63,993 nucleotides of DNA, filler included, from Vicugna vicugna (GCA_013265495.1; 73 parts of 72 records of this genome joined end to end with filler, not necessarily neighbours in it), one strand, 5' to 3'; shown: positions 48,531 through 61,454, numbered from the whole stretch's first letter. The notes: a model not told the origin generated them from the letters alone. Numbers and translations are program-made.

Positions 48531-49214
48531 TTTGGAAGAACAAGAGAATTATAAATAGGATGCAATATGATGCAAACAAAATCATTAATAATTTTTCCTA
48601 TCTGAGCTATTATCTTATCATTTTGTCTTGATAGTTGATTAATACAGCATGCTACAAGTGTAAGAAGGGTGGCAAGAATAATGAGTTGAATTTTGCCATC
48701 AGGGAGTCTAGCCAAGAAACCACCTATTCATGACATGTTTCCAGGTTCAGAATTGAATGGACAAAAGTGGGCTGAATCAAGATCAAATGAGCATAAATAC
48801 TGGCTGAATGTGTAGACTGAAATCATATAGCATAGCTGAGTGGAGTCAGAGCTTAAGGTCAGGAGCGAGGCTAATAAGGAAAGGAGATGCACCTATCCAG
48901 AGTAGTGAAATTGAAACAGGTGAATGAGAACTCTGAGTAGCAATCTAAGTTTGAGAAACAGATCATTTGAAATGGGCTGAAGTTGAAGAGAGCATCTATA
49001 AGTGGAGCAAATGGAATCCTGTAGTATAAGGAGTATATTCCTATGGTTCTTTTGATCCCACATTTCCATCCTTAGTTTTAACATTTACAGANNNNNNNNN
49101 NNNNNNNNNNNNNNNNNNNNNNNNNNNNNNNNNNNTTAATTAATTAANNNNNNNNNNNNNNNNNNNNNNNNNNNNNNNNNNNNNNNNNNNNATTATTTGC
49201 AATAAGTTAGAAGC

Positions 49215-49460
49215 CAGCACTGTCAATAGAAACATAATGCAAGTCACAATTTTCCTGTAATCACATTTAGAAAATAAAAAGTAACAAGTGAAATTAATTC
49301 CAGTAATAATTACATTTATCCCAAAATATCCAATACACTATCATTTCAAAAGTGTGATTAACACTTTTAAAACTTATTAATAATATTTTACATTATTTTT
49401 GTTGTACGAAGTCTTGAAAATCTATTATGTATTTTCCACTTATAGAACATCTCAATTCAC
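49215..49460. mobile_element. MER33/MER3-like hAT-Charlie non-autonomous DNA transposon
   Basis: cagcactgtc.aatagaaa.ataatgcaagtcaca...aagtgaaattaatt...cccaaaatatccaa...cacttatag.acatctcaattc. Confidence 0.75.
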
Positions 49461-49876
49461 NNNNNNNNNNNNNNNNNNNNNNNNNNNNNNNNNNNNNNNN
49501 NNNNNNNNNNNNNNNNNNNNNNNNNNNNNNNNNNNNNNNNNNNNNNNNNNNNNNNNNNNNNNNNNNNNNNNNNNNNNNNNNNNNNNNNNNNNNNNNNNNN
49601 NNNNNNNNNNNNNNNNNNNNNNNNNNNNNNNNNNNNNNNNNNNNNNNNNNNNNNNNNNNNNNNNNNNNNNNNNNNNNNNNNNNNNNNNNNNNNNNNNNNN
49701 NNNNNNNNNNNNNNNNNNNNNNNNNNNNNNNNNNNNNNNNNNNNNNNNNNNNNNNNNNNNNNNNNNNNNNNNNNNNNNNNNNNNNNNNNNNNNNNNNNNN
49801 NNNNNNNNNNNNNNNNNNNNNNNNNNNNNNNNNNNNNNNNGTAACAAAACAAAAGACCTTACTAAAGATAATTTAA

Positions 49877-50035
49877 GGGGGAGGATATAGCTCAAGTGGA
49901 AGATCATGTTCTTAGCATGCACAAGGGCCTGGGTTCAATCCCCACTATTTCTTCTAAAAATAAAATAAATAAATAAAAACCTAATTACCACCCCACAGCA
50001 AACAATTAATTTATTACTTTAATTAAAAGTTAGAA
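49877..50035 (+). mobile_element. Full-length camelid Vic-1-type tRNA-derived SINE with target-site duplication
   Basis: GGGGGAGG start, A-box TAGCTCAAGTGG at 49888-49899, B-box GGTTCAATCC at 49932-49941, A-rich tail, and TSD aaagataatt(t)aa at 49864-49876 and 50036-50047. Confidence 0.88.
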
Positions 50036-51109
50036 AAAGATAATTAAGTGCAGGCTTATGAGGCTACAAGAGCTACAATGAATGCCCCCACCCATTAATT
50101 TAGAANNNNNNNNNNNNNNNNNNNNNNNNNNNNNNNNNNNNNNNNNNNNTTAATTAATTAANNNNNNNNNNNNNNNNNNNNNNNNNNNNNNNNNNNNNNN
50201 NNNNNTTTAATTTTGGGGTCTATTAAATAAAACCAATCTCTATACTTTTGCACACAAATTTATATCAGATCTGTGAACAGAGTATAAATAATGCACAAAA
50301 TATATAAAATAATTTTAAAGTTATGGAATTTAAAGTGAAATTTGTGTAAAACCTGTACAGAAAATGTATATCTATTTCATTATAATTTNNNNNNNNNNNN
50401 NNNNNNNNNNNNNNNNNNNNNNNNNNNNNNNNNNNNNNNNNNNNNNNNNNNNNNNNNNNNNNNNNNNNNNNNNNNNNNNNNNNNNNNNNNNNNNNNNNNN
50501 NNNNNNNNNNNNNNNNNNNNNNNNNNNNNNNNNNNNNNNNNNNNNNNNNNNNNNNNNNNNNNNNNNNNNNNNNNNNNNNNNNNNNNNNNNNNNNNNNNNN
50601 NNNNNNNNNNNNNNNNNNNNNNNNNNNNNNNNNNNNNNNNNNNNNNNNNNNNNNNNNNNNNNNNNNNNNNNNNNNNNNNNNNNNNNNNNNNNNNNNNNNN
50701 NNNNNNNNNNNNNNNNNNNNNNNNNNNNNNNNNNNNNNNNNNNNNNNNNNNNNNNNNNNNNNNNNNNNNNNNNNNNNNNNNNNNNNNNNNNNNNNNNNNN
50801 NNNNNNNNNNNNNNNNNNNNNNNNNNNNNNNNNNNNNNNNNNNNNNTGGGTTCTATGTGACACCATTAAAGGGCAAACAAAGAATCAAAGAACAAAGAAA
50901 TAACAGTATATGTTGCTTGAGTTGGAAAAGACCAGGTAATGCATTTTAGGAAGCAATATGTTTTCCAGTCCTGAAACAGTTGGCATTGTAAGTATTATAC
51001 AGCAATTTANNNNNNNNNNNNNNNNNNNNNNNNNNNNNNNNNNNNNNNNNNNNTTAATTAATTAANNNNNNNNNNNNNNNNNNNNNNNNNNNNNNNNNNN
51101 NNNNNNNNN

Positions 51110-51987
51110 TCCTCAGAGCTGGCGCCCTGGCTGCATCCAGGCCTCCGCAGGGTCTTGGGCAGGGGGGCCGAGTTGCTGTCACTGTGTGCGGACACGGCAT
51201 GGGCTGGGAGCTGAGCAGTCAGCAGCCCAGAGAGGCCCTTGGGGAGCTCTGTGGAACGAGGAAGCTTGGGGAAGGGGACCCCAGGAAGTGACCTCACTTC
51301 CCTGGCAACCGAACCCAACACAACTTAGAACCCAGGTCACCGGGCACCCACTCTGTCGAGAAGCCCCTACTCAGCTCACCCGGTTGGGCAACTCAGTTCA
51401 ACTCAGTCACACATGTTCTGCTGCGTCCCATCACCCCGAGGAAAACCCGAGGCCGCGGTCCCAGGAAGGCCCGCAGCGAGGGCCTGGGCCAGCGGTGCCG
51501 GCAATGGCTCGGCTCTCACCCCAGGCGCCCCTGGACTTTTGGACACAGGGACCCAAAGGTAACCCAGGGAGGCCCGGGGCAGGCCCGCCCAGGCCGGGCC
51601 ACCACTCAGACCCCACCCGGGTATAGCCCCACATCCCCTTCCCTTTGCTGGTGGAGGTGGGCAGTCATGTTGGGCTGGGGTGGGGGGGCCTGCCTCAAGC
51701 ACGAGCAGGTCAGAGGCCTGGGGGGCCTGTCACGTCCGCACCCCGGGTCCCAGCTGGCGGGCTGGGCTGTGGCCAGCCGGGCAGGGCCCTGCCGCCAGAG
51801 TCGAAGCCCGTGCCCTCTGGCAGTGTCTCTTCCCTCCCGGGTGGCCGGCTCAGCTGACCGAGACCCCAGTCTAAGGTCGAGCGGGCAGAAGCGGGAGCGG
51901 TCCTGGCCGGGCTGGGCTCTGAGACCTCTGGGCTGGGCCGGTTGCCGCTCACTGTCATTGCAGAGCCGGACACTGCAGGAGCCGCTG
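51110..51987. other. GC-rich, CpG-containing unique sequence (possible CpG-island edge or GC-rich intron)
   Basis: High G+C and many CpGs; the overlapping ORFs on both strands show no recognisable protein. Confidence 0.5.
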
Positions 51988-52087
51988 NNNNNNNNNNNNN
52001 NNNNNNNNNNNNNNNNNNNNNNNNNNNNNNNTTAATTAATTAANNNNNNNNNNNNNNNNNNNNNNNNNNNNNNNNNNNNNNNNNNNN

Positions 52088-52194
52088 GAATATGAAAATG
52101 AACAATATGTATGTATATGCATGACTGAAATATTATGCCATACACCAGAAATTAACACATTGTAACTGACTATACTTCAGTTAAAAAAAAAAAA
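52088..52194 (+). mobile_element. L1 3' terminus with poly(A)
   Basis: gaatatgaaaa.gaa..atatgtatgtatatgcatgactgaaa.attatgc..tacaccagaaattaacacattgtaactgactatacttca followed by an A run. Confidence 0.85.
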
Positions 52195-52345
52195 GATACC
52201 AATTATATTGGATGAGGGCCAACCCTTATGACCTCCCTGAAGTTAGTTACCTCTGTGAAGACCACATCTCCAGTCACACTCTGAGGTCCTGGGGGTTAGG
52301 GCTTCAACAGGTGAATTTGGGGAGGACATAGCTCGGCCCATAACA
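52195..52345 (-). mobile_element. MLT1 (MaLR) LTR 5' portion
   Basis: attggat.agggcc.acccttatgacctc...agtcaca.tctgaggt.ctgggggttagg.cttcaaca..tgaattt..gga.gaca...cccataaca. Confidence 0.85.
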
Positions 52346-52671
52346 GCCGTTTATCAGCTGACAAATCCTCAGGAGCCCCTCTTCAAGTGGTGGGTTCTGG
52401 GGGTCAGTGGGGTCCTGGGAAAAGACTCCTACAGGCTTTGTAGATAAAGAGGCCACAGGTCCTGCTCGGCTCCATTGTTACAGACAAGTTGACGACCCCA
52501 GGCAGGTCATCCTCCCCTCAGTAGACCCCACAGCTATGTGAAGACTGGACATGAATGCGCACACAGCTGCCNNNNNNNNNNNNNNNNNNNNNNNNNNNNN
52601 NNNNNNNNNNNNNNNTTAATTAATTAANNNNNNNNNNNNNNNNNNNNNNNNNNNNNNNNNNNNNNNNNNNN

Positions 52672-53511
52672 CAAATTAAATATCTCTTGGGTAGAATTCG
52701 CTCCAAGAGTGTTTTTGAGGGATCACAGTGTGATTCTTGAATCTGGTGATAGGAAGAATCTGCGATGTCAAAATAAATATTTCAAAGTGCATAGGTAACT
52801 TGTTTGGTGGTTGAAACATCAGTCATGCGCATGTTCACAACTCAGAAATGCATGTTTGAGGAATCTGTGATGCATGAAACATGTTCGTAATACGGAATGC
52901 CATCTTTATGTAAACAATGCAAATTACATGTGTATTAGTGAGATTTCGCTCAAAGTGCGTTTTCTGGTGCCAAATGTCCGATTTTAGAACCTGGTGATAG
53001 AAAAATCTTTGAAGTCAGAGTAAATATTTCTTAGTGGATATACGCCTTGTTTGGTGGATGAAAGGTCAGTAATCCACATGCTCACAAGTCAAAAGCGCAT
53101 GATTGTCGAATCCGTCATGCATGTAACATGTACGGAACCCGGAATGCCCAGTTGATGGAATTCATGTAAATTACATACCTATTACGTGAAAATCGCTCCA
53201 GAACACATTTTCTGTGAAAAATGTACGATTTCGAACCTGGTGTTAGGGAAAGCTTGTTAAAATGTGTACACGTGTCTAGATGATTGTTAAAATCACGTGT
53301 CTAGATGAAAATATTCCTGTTATAGAGGATGAAAGATTAGTAATACATATGCCCTCAACTCAGTAATTCAAGTTTGTCAAATCCGTCATGTATGTAGCAT
53401 GTAATGAACACGGAATATTATGTAGATGGAAACAATTCAAATTACATATCTCTAAGGAAGAATTCACTCCATGAATTTTTTTGTGGGATCAAAGTGTGAT
53501 TCTTGAAACTG
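52672..53511. repeat. Satellite family A, complete A1-A2-A3-A1 cycle
   Basis: tc(g/a)ctc landmarks at about 52697, 52945, 53192 and 53463 (248, 247, and 271 including a 25-bp duplication). Confidence 0.96.
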
Positions 53512-53611
53512 NNNNNNNNNNNNNNNNNNNNNNNNNNNNNNNNNNNNNNNNNNNNTTAATTAATTAANNNNNNNNNNNNNNNNNNNNNNNNNNNNNNNNN
53601 NNNNNNNNNNN

Positions 53612-53842
53612 TATCTGCAAATCTCAAACTCCCAATTTATGCCTTCCTCCCTTCCCACCCCCTTCCCCAAGTCATAACCATAAGTTTGTTTTCTGTCTGT
53701 GGGTCTGTTTCTGTTTTGTAAATAAATTCATTTGCCTTTTTTTTTTTTTTTAGATTCTACATATAAGTGATATCATACGTTATCTTCTCTTTCTGGCTTA
53801 CTTCATTTAGAATGACATTCTCCAGGGACATCCATGTTGCTT
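53612..53842 (-). mobile_element. L1 3' UTR / ORF2 end, antisense
   Basis: aaccataagtttgttttct.tctgtg.gtctgtttctgttttgtaaataa...tttagattc.acatataagtgatatcata...tggcttacttca.ttagaatgaca. Confidence 0.88.
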
Positions 53843-54571
53843 CTCTGCAGCAAACGTCAGCATCTCAGCATTTTGCTTGCTGCCCATGAGGGAAATGAGC
53901 TTGGTTCTGAAGTCCTTCTGAGCAGACCCTGAGCTCCATTTTTTACCATGTCACCCATCTGAGACTGCCCTAAACTCCTTTTTTNNNNNNNNNNNNNNNN
54001 NNNNNNNNNNNNNNNNNNNNNNNNNNNNNNNNNNNNNNNNNNNNNNNNNNNNNNNNNNNNNNNNNNNTACACTTCTCATCTCAGAGGTCTTAGCCTCAGG
54101 TCCTGTCTTCCCAGGCAGTCCTGAACTCCAATTTTTGAGTCCCTAAATGTGTGAGATACTGAAAGCTGTGATGGATTCATGCCTCTTAGAATCCACTTTC
54201 TGCCCAATGCCCAGCCTTTCCTCCTATGCCAAAATTTGGCAGTTACCCTGAATGTGGCACAGAGAATATTCAATTTACATGAGTTTCTCTTCTCCTGTGA
54301 TCTTAACCATTCAAGTCCTGGGTATCTTGGCTGCTCTTTAATAGCTTAGCAAAATGTGTATTTTGTGTTTTATGTGGATTCTGTAGGGGTTTCAGCAGGA
54401 GACTTGATCTGCTGTGAGAGACTCCATTATTGCTGGAAGTAGGATAAGCTTCCTACAGCAGAAACACGCACNNNNNNNNNNNNNNNNNNNNNNNNNNNNN
54501 NNNNNNNNNNNNNNNTTAATTAATTAANNNNNNNNNNNNNNNNNNNNNNNNNNNNNNNNNNNNNNNNNNNN

Positions 54572-55720
54572 CTATATTCTGTATTCAATATTCTGCATTC
54601 CGTAGTCTATATTCTACATTCTGTGTCCTATATTGTACATTCTAAATTCTATATTCAGTATTTTGTTTTCTATATTCTATATTCTGTGTTCTGCATTCCA
54701 TGGTCTCAATTCGGGTTTTTTATTCTGTTTTCCATATTCTATTTTCTGTGTTCTACATTCTATATTCGGCATTCCGTATTCTATATTCTGTGTTCTAAAT
54801 TGTATATTCTTTATTCTATATTCAGTATTCTGTATTCTATATTCTAAATTCTGTGCTCTATATTGTATATTCATATTCTATATTCAGAATTCGGTATTCT
54901 ATATTCTTAATTCTCTGTTCTGCATTCCATGTTCTNNNNNNNNNNNNNNNNNNNNNNNNNNNNNNNNNNNNNNNNNNNNNNNNNNNNNNNNNNNNNNNNN
55001 NNNNNNNNNNNNNNNNNNNNNNNNNNNNNNNNNNNNNNNNNNNNNNNNNNNNNNNNNNNNNNNNNNNNNNNNNNNNNNNNNNNNNNNNNNNNNNNNNNNN
55101 NNNNNNNNNNNNNNNNNNNNNNNNNNNNNNNNNNNNNNNNNNNNNNNNNNNNNNNNNNNNNNNNNNNNNNNNNNNNNNNATAAATTCTGTACATTCTATA
55201 TTTGAAATTCTATATTCAGTATAATCTTTTCTGTATTCTAAATACAGTTTTCTGCATTCCATGTTCTCAATTCTGAGTTTTGTATTATGTTTTCCATATT
55301 CTATATTCTGTGTTGTACATTATATATTCTGTATTCTATATTCTGCATTCCGTATTCTATATTCTATATTCTGTGTTCTACATTGTATATTCTAAATTCT
55401 ATATTCAGTATACTGTATTCTGTATTCTAAATTCTGTGCTCTGCCTTCCATGTTCTCAATACTGTGTTTTTTATTATGTTTTCAATATTCTATATTCTGT
55501 GTTCCTCATTCTAATTTCTATATTGTATATTTTGCATTCCTTAGTCTATATACTATATTCTGTGTTCTACATTGTATATTCAAATTCTATATTCAGTATT
55601 CTGTTCTCTATATTCTAAATTCTGTGTTCTGATCTCAATTCTGGGTTTTGTATCCTGTTTTCCATATCTATATGATGTGTTCTACATTCTAAATTCTAAA
55701 TTCTATATTCAGTATTCTGT
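54572..55720. repeat. Satellite family C
   Basis: ttccatg at 55257 and 55446 (189). Confidence 0.95.
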
Positions 55721-55820
55721 NNNNNNNNNNNNNNNNNNNNNNNNNNNNNNNNNNNNNNNNNNNNTTAATTAATTAANNNNNNNNNNNNNNNNNNNNNNNN
55801 NNNNNNNNNNNNNNNNNNNN

Positions 55821-56586
55821 GTTTCATGCATCACGGATTCCTCAACTTGAATTTCTGAGTTGTGATCATGCGCATGACAGATTTTTCAAACATGAAACAA
55901 GTTACCTATGCACTATGAAATATTTATTTTGACTTCGTAGCTGCTGCCTATCACCAGTATCAAGAATCACTCTTTGATCCCAGTAAAACCCTCTTGGAGC
56001 GAATTCTACCCTAGAGATATTTAATTTGAATAAATGCCATTTACATGATATTCCGTGTTCCGTACATGCTACATACATGACGGATTTGACAAACATGCAT
56101 TCCTGTGTTGAGAGCATGTGGATTACTAATCTTTCCTCCTCTATAAAAGNNNNNNNNNNNNNNNNNNNNNNNNNNNNNNNNNNNNNNNNNNNNNNNNNNN
56201 NNNNNNNNNNNNNNNNNNNNNNNNNNNNNNNNNNNNNNNNNNNNNNNNNNNNNNNNNNNNNNNNNNNNNNNNNNNNNNNNNNNNNNNNNNNNNNNNNNNN
56301 NNNNNNNNNNNNNNNNNNNNNNNNNNNNNNNNNNNNNNNNNNNNNNNNNNNNNNNNNNNNNNNNNNNNNNNNNNNNNNNNNNNNNNNNNNNNNNNNNNNN
56401 NNNNNNNNNNNNNNNNTTATTTACTCTGACTTCATAGATTTTTCTATCACCAGGTTCTAAAATCGGACATCTGGCACCAGAAACACTCTTTGAGCGAATT
56501 CTCACCAATACTCATGTAATTTACATTGTTTACATAAAAAAGGCATTCCTTATTACGAGCATGTTTCATGCATCACGGATTCTTCA
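55821..56586. repeat. Satellite family A, reverse orientation
   Basis: ctcttggagcgaattctacc; ctctttgagcgaattctcacc. Confidence 0.94.
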
Positions 56587-56686
56587 NNNNNNNNNNNNNN
56601 NNNNNNNNNNNNNNNNNNNNNNNNNNNNNNTTAATTAATTAANNNNNNNNNNNNNNNNNNNNNNNNNNNNNNNNNNNNNNNNNNNN

Positions 56687-57112
56687 TCATTGATTTACAT
56701 GCTGCTGTCCAGTTTTCCCAAAACCACTTGCCAAAGAGGCTGTCTTTTCTCCATTGTATATTCTTTCCTCCTTTGTTGAAGACTAACTGAATGTAGGTAT
56801 GTGTGTTTATTTCTGGGCTCTCTATTCTGTTCCATTGATCCATTTGTCTGTTTTTGTGCCAATACCATGCTGTTTTGATTTCTGTAGCTCTGTGGTATTC
56901 TCTGTAGTNNNNNNNNNNGAGGGTTATTCCTCCAGTGTCATTCTTTTTCTTCAGTATTGTTGTGGCAATTCTGGGTCTTTTGGGATTCTATATAAATTTT
57001 AGGATTGTCTATTCTTGTTCTGTGAGAAAAGTTGTGATTAATTTCATAGGGACTGCATTAAATGTGTAGATTGCCTTGGCCAGTATGACCATTTTAACAA
57101 TATTGATTCTTA
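56687..57112 (-). mobile_element. LINE-1 ORF2 fragment
   Basis: Translates to [12 protein letters not shown]...[27 protein letters not shown], as in L1 ORF2p. Confidence 0.93.
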
Positions 57113-57212
57113 NNNNNNNNNNNNNNNNNNNNNNNNNNNNNNNNNNNNNNNNNNNNTTAATTAATTAANNNNNNNNNNNNNNNNNNNNNNNNNNNNNNNN
57201 NNNNNNNNNNNN

Positions 57213-58207
57213 AACACAGTATATAGAATATAGAATACTGTATGCAGAATATGGGATCTCGAAAATAGAATTAATAACACAGAATATAGAATATATAATA
57301 GAGAATATACAACTCAGAATTTAGAATTTGGAAAGCCGAACACAGAATTTAGAATATAAAATATAGAATACTAAATATAGAATTTAGAGAAGAGAATGCG
57401 GAACACAGAATATAGAATATATAATACAGAATACTGAATATAGAATTTAGAACATAGAATGCGGAACATAGAATTTACAATATAAAATACAGAATACTGA
57501 ATATAGAATTTAGAACATGGAATGCANNNNNNNNNNNNNNNNNNNNNNNNNNNNNNNNNNNNNNNNNNNNNNNNNNNNNNNNNNNNNNNNNNNNNNNNNN
57601 NNNNNNNNNNNNNNNNNNNNNNNNNNNNNNNNNNNNNNNNNNNNNNNNNNNNNNNNNNNNNNNNNNNGAATAGAGAAAATACTAAATAGAGAATTTAGAA
57701 TATAGAATGTAGAACACAGAGTACAGAATACAGAATACGAAGTACTGAATATAGAATTTAGAATAAAGAATGTAGAACACAGAATATAAAATGTAGAATA
57801 CGGAATGCAAAATATAGAATACAGAATATAGAATGTAGACCACAGAATGTAGAATATGGAAAACAGAATACAGAACCGAGGATTAAAAACATGGAATGCA
57901 GAACACAGGGTTTAGAATAAAGAATACAGAATACTGAATATAGAATTTAGAATATAGAATGTAGAACTCAGAATATACAATATAGAATACGGAATGCAGA
58001 ATATAGAATATAGAATATAGAATTATGAACACAAAATATATAATATAGAATAGAGTATATAGAACCCAGCATTTAGAACATGGAATGAAGAACACAGACT
58101 TTAGAATATAGAATACAGAATACTGAATATATAATTTAGAATATAGAATGTAGAACCCATATTATACAATATAAATACGGAATGCAGAATATAGAATGTA
58201 GTTTAAA
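57213..58207. repeat. Satellite family C, (GAATATA)n orientation
   Basis: atggaatg at 57891 and 58080 (189). Confidence 0.95.
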
Positions 58208-58307
58208 NNNNNNNNNNNNNNNNNNNNNNNNNNNNNNNNNNNNNNNNNNNNTTAATTAATTAANNNNNNNNNNNNNNNNNNNNNNNNNNNNNNNNNNNNN
58301 NNNNNNN

Positions 58308-58790
58308 CCCTGTCCGGGGAAGTCCGAGAAATAAATTCCCTGACCATGGGGAAGTAGCCTCTGACTCTGGGATTTCCTACAAAACCCCCTAGAATTCCCT
58401 GGCACAGAGACATTAGGAAAACACTCAGGGTATACCAGCTCAGGCATTCCGTTGGAACCCACGCGCTGCCGACCGTTGGTGGAACCTCCCCACGCTCAGA
58501 GTTCCGGAACCATTGTAAGTGCGTGGGGGAGCACGAGAGACAGCTCCACGCAGATATCTTCAGTCACAGGTGTTCCCTGCCTGGGAAGTCCGAGAATTAA
58601 CTTCCCTGAACTTGGGGAGGCAGCCTCTTTCACTGGGATTTCTTGCAGACCCCCGTTGCAATCCCTGGCACAGACACATTAGGAAAACCCTCAGGGGAGA
58701 CCAGCTCAGGCATTCCGTTGGAACCCACGCGCTGCCGACCGTTGGTGGAACCTCCCCACGCTCAGGGTTCCGGAACCATTGTCAGTGCGT
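58308..58790. repeat. Satellite family B
   Basis: ggcattccgttggaacccacgcgctgccgaccgttggtggaacc occurs twice about 269 apart. Confidence 0.95.
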
Positions 58791-58890
58791 NNNNNNNNNN
58801 NNNNNNNNNNNNNNNNNNNNNNNNNNNNNNNNNNTTAATTAATTAANNNNNNNNNNNNNNNNNNNNNNNNNNNNNNNNNNNNNNNNNNNN

Positions 58891-59420
58891 AAATCAATTT
58901 CATTTCTAGATTCCAGCCAAAAGCATTAGAAAAAGGAATTAAAATGTCATTTATCAAAAAATTAAATACGGAATTAAAATGTCATTTATCAAATACTGTG
59001 AACTAATTTAATACAAGGTATGCAAGTAATCTACAAAAATTTTTTGACATTAAGAAAAGAAATTAGAGAAGGCCTGCATAAAGAGAATATCATATGAATC
59101 TAAAGACTCCATATATTAAGATGGCAGTTGTCCCAGATGAATCCATAAATTCAACACAATCTCAATCAAATGACTACTAAGCTTTTGTGGTAGAAGCTCA
59201 TTCTGTAATTTAACAAAGACCTAGAATAAATCTTGAATAAGAAAAAGGAAGTTTGACTTGCATTTCCAGATTTCAAAACATACATGAAGTCCCAGTAATT
59301 GAGACAGAATGTTCTGTTGGCATGAGGATAAAATAAAGCCACTAGTAAACAGAAGCAAAATCAAAAACAGGCAATTCTATCAATTGCTGTTCTCCAAAGA
59401 TGCGTATGCAATTCCATGGG
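58891..59420 (+). mobile_element. Degenerate L1M ORF2 fragment
   Basis: aaaatcaatt.catttcta; atattaagatggcagtt.tccc...atccataaattcaacacaatctcaatcaaa; ccagatttcaaaac.tac. Confidence 0.75.
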
Positions 59421-59644
59421 GAGAAAGGTCTTTCTAGATTAACGGCTAGCGCAAATTGGTGCTTGTGGGTTTTTAAGTACCGTGTTTGTAGGCGTCTTTA
59501 CATTTACTTGCTTCATTGCACTGGCTACAATGTCTAGCAGGACGNNNNNNNNNNNNNNNNNNNNNNNNNNNNNNNNNNNNNNNNNNNNTTAATTAATTAA
59601 NNNNNNNNNNNNNNNNNNNNNNNNNNNNNNNNNNNNNNNNNNNN

Positions 59645-60157
59645 ACAGAAGTGTCCTATCTGCCTCAGGCTGTAAAGAAGTCTCCGTCTAGCCCTTAAGG
59701 TTGCTATGTACTCAGAGGTGCATGCAGATTTTTCCCCCACTGTTGCCTGGGTGCAGAGTACCAGAGGGTATGGTGGCTGTATCTGATCCCCAGTTATCTT
59801 CACCTAGAAACTTTTGTGGGTTTTCAGACATGGTTATGCACCCTTCCCCACACAGGGCACATCTGCCCTATTGTTTTATGGAGGGCCCAGATTTTTCTGC
59901 CCTGTGCACCCACAGCCATGGCACACAGCCCCCTCCATTTCCCCTGGCTGCCACAGTGCAGCCATTCCCATCTACCACCCAGCTTGTGCAGCATGGACCT
60001 GCCCGCAGCTTCCGGGCTGCATTTAGATCTGGGTGTCTCTGCTTGTTTAACTTAGTTCTGTCAGCCTACTTATACTCTGTACAGACCCAAGCCTTGGAGG
60101 CTCACCCTCCATCCTTCCGAATTCTCAGTTGGAGAGGGGAGACCCAGTGAATGAGCA
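59645..60157. repeat. Unclassified multicopy sequence H, copy 2
   Basis: Co-linear homology with 35639-36054. Confidence 0.86.
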
Positions 60158-60592
60158 NNNNNNNNNNNNNNNNNNNNNNNNNNNNNNNNNNNNNNNNNNN
60201 NNNNNNNNNNNNNNNNNNNNNNNNNNNNNNNNNNNNNNNNNNNNNNNNNNNNNNNNNNNNNNNNNNNNNNNNNNNNNNNNNNNNNNNNNNNNNNNNNNNN
60301 NNNNNNNNNNNNNNNNNNNNNNNNNNNNNCTGTGTGTGTGTGGTGCATTTGTGGGAAATGGTGAGTAACGAGCATCCTTCTAATCCACTATCTTGGCCTC
60401 TGCCCCCAAAAATTTTCACTTTATGGTGGAAGATAAACACAGCCTGGAATAGATGGAAGAGATATTTCATGGAAATTACAAGAAAGTGCATANNNNNNNN
60501 NNNNNNNNNNNNNNNNNNNNNNNNNNNNNNNNNNNNTTAATTAATTAANNNNNNNNNNNNNNNNNNNNNNNNNNNNNNNNNNNNNNNNNNNN

Positions 60593-61354
60593 AATTTACA
60601 ATGTTTACATAACCATGGCATTCCGTATTCTGATCATATTTCATGCACAAGAATTCCTCCAATATGAATTTCTGAGTTGTGAACATGCGCATGACTGATT
60701 TTTCAACCACCAAACAAGTTACCTATGCACTTTGAAATATTTACTGTGACTTCGTATCTTCTTCCTCTCACCAGTTTCAAGAATCACATTTGAATGACCC
60801 AGGAAAAACCCTCTTGGAATGAATTCTACCCTAGATATATAATTTGAATAGATTCCATCAACATGATATTCCCTGTTATGTACATGCTACATTCATAATG
60901 GATTCGACAAACATGCATTCCTGAGTTGTGAGCATGTAGATTACTGATCTTTCATTCTCTATAAAAAGAATATTTTCAGCTGGACTTTTGTCCACATTTT
61001 CACAAGCTTTCCCTAACACATGTTACGAATTCATGCATTTTTCACAGAAAAATAATTCTGGAGTGATTTCCACGTAACAGATATGTAATTTATATGAACT
61101 CCATCAACATGGCATTCCGGGTTCCGTACATGCTACATGTATGACTGTTTCGGCAAACATGCTTTTCTGTGTTGTGAGCATGTGGATTACAGATCTTTCA
61201 TCCACCAAACAAGGCTTATATACACTTAGAAATATTTACTTTGACTTCATAGGTTTTTTCTATCACCAGGTTCAAAACCCGGGCATTAGGCGCCAGAAAA
61301 CACTGTTTCAGCGAATTCTCACGAATACACATGTAATTTACATTGTTTACATAA
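60593..61354. repeat. Satellite family A, one complete ungapped trimer
   Basis: aatttaca.tgtttacataa at 60593 and 61335, a 742-bp period. Confidence 0.96.
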
Positions 61355-61454
61355 NNNNNNNNNNNNNNNNNNNNNNNNNNNNNNNNNNNNNNNNNNNNTT
61401 AATTAATTAANNNNNNNNNNNNNNNNNNNNNNNNNNNNNNNNNNNNNNNNNNNN

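Noticed and set aside
49877..49950. Apparent tRNA gene (A and B boxes)
   Set aside because: It is followed by a SINE body, A-rich tail and TSD, so it is a tRNA-derived SINE head.
51058..52035. Several overlapping Pro/Gly/Ala-rich ORFs on both strands
   Set aside because: Expected from high GC content; no recognisable domain or exon structure.
52858..52886. CATG-rich p53-like half sites (e.g. AAACATGTTC) in satellite A
   Set aside because: I saw only isolated half sites, without a correctly spaced second decamer.
58446..58463. ttccgttggaacccacg resembling the CENP-B box text CTTCGTTGGAAACGGGA
   Set aside because: The similarity lies mostly in non-essential positions; TTCG is broken and CGGG is absent.
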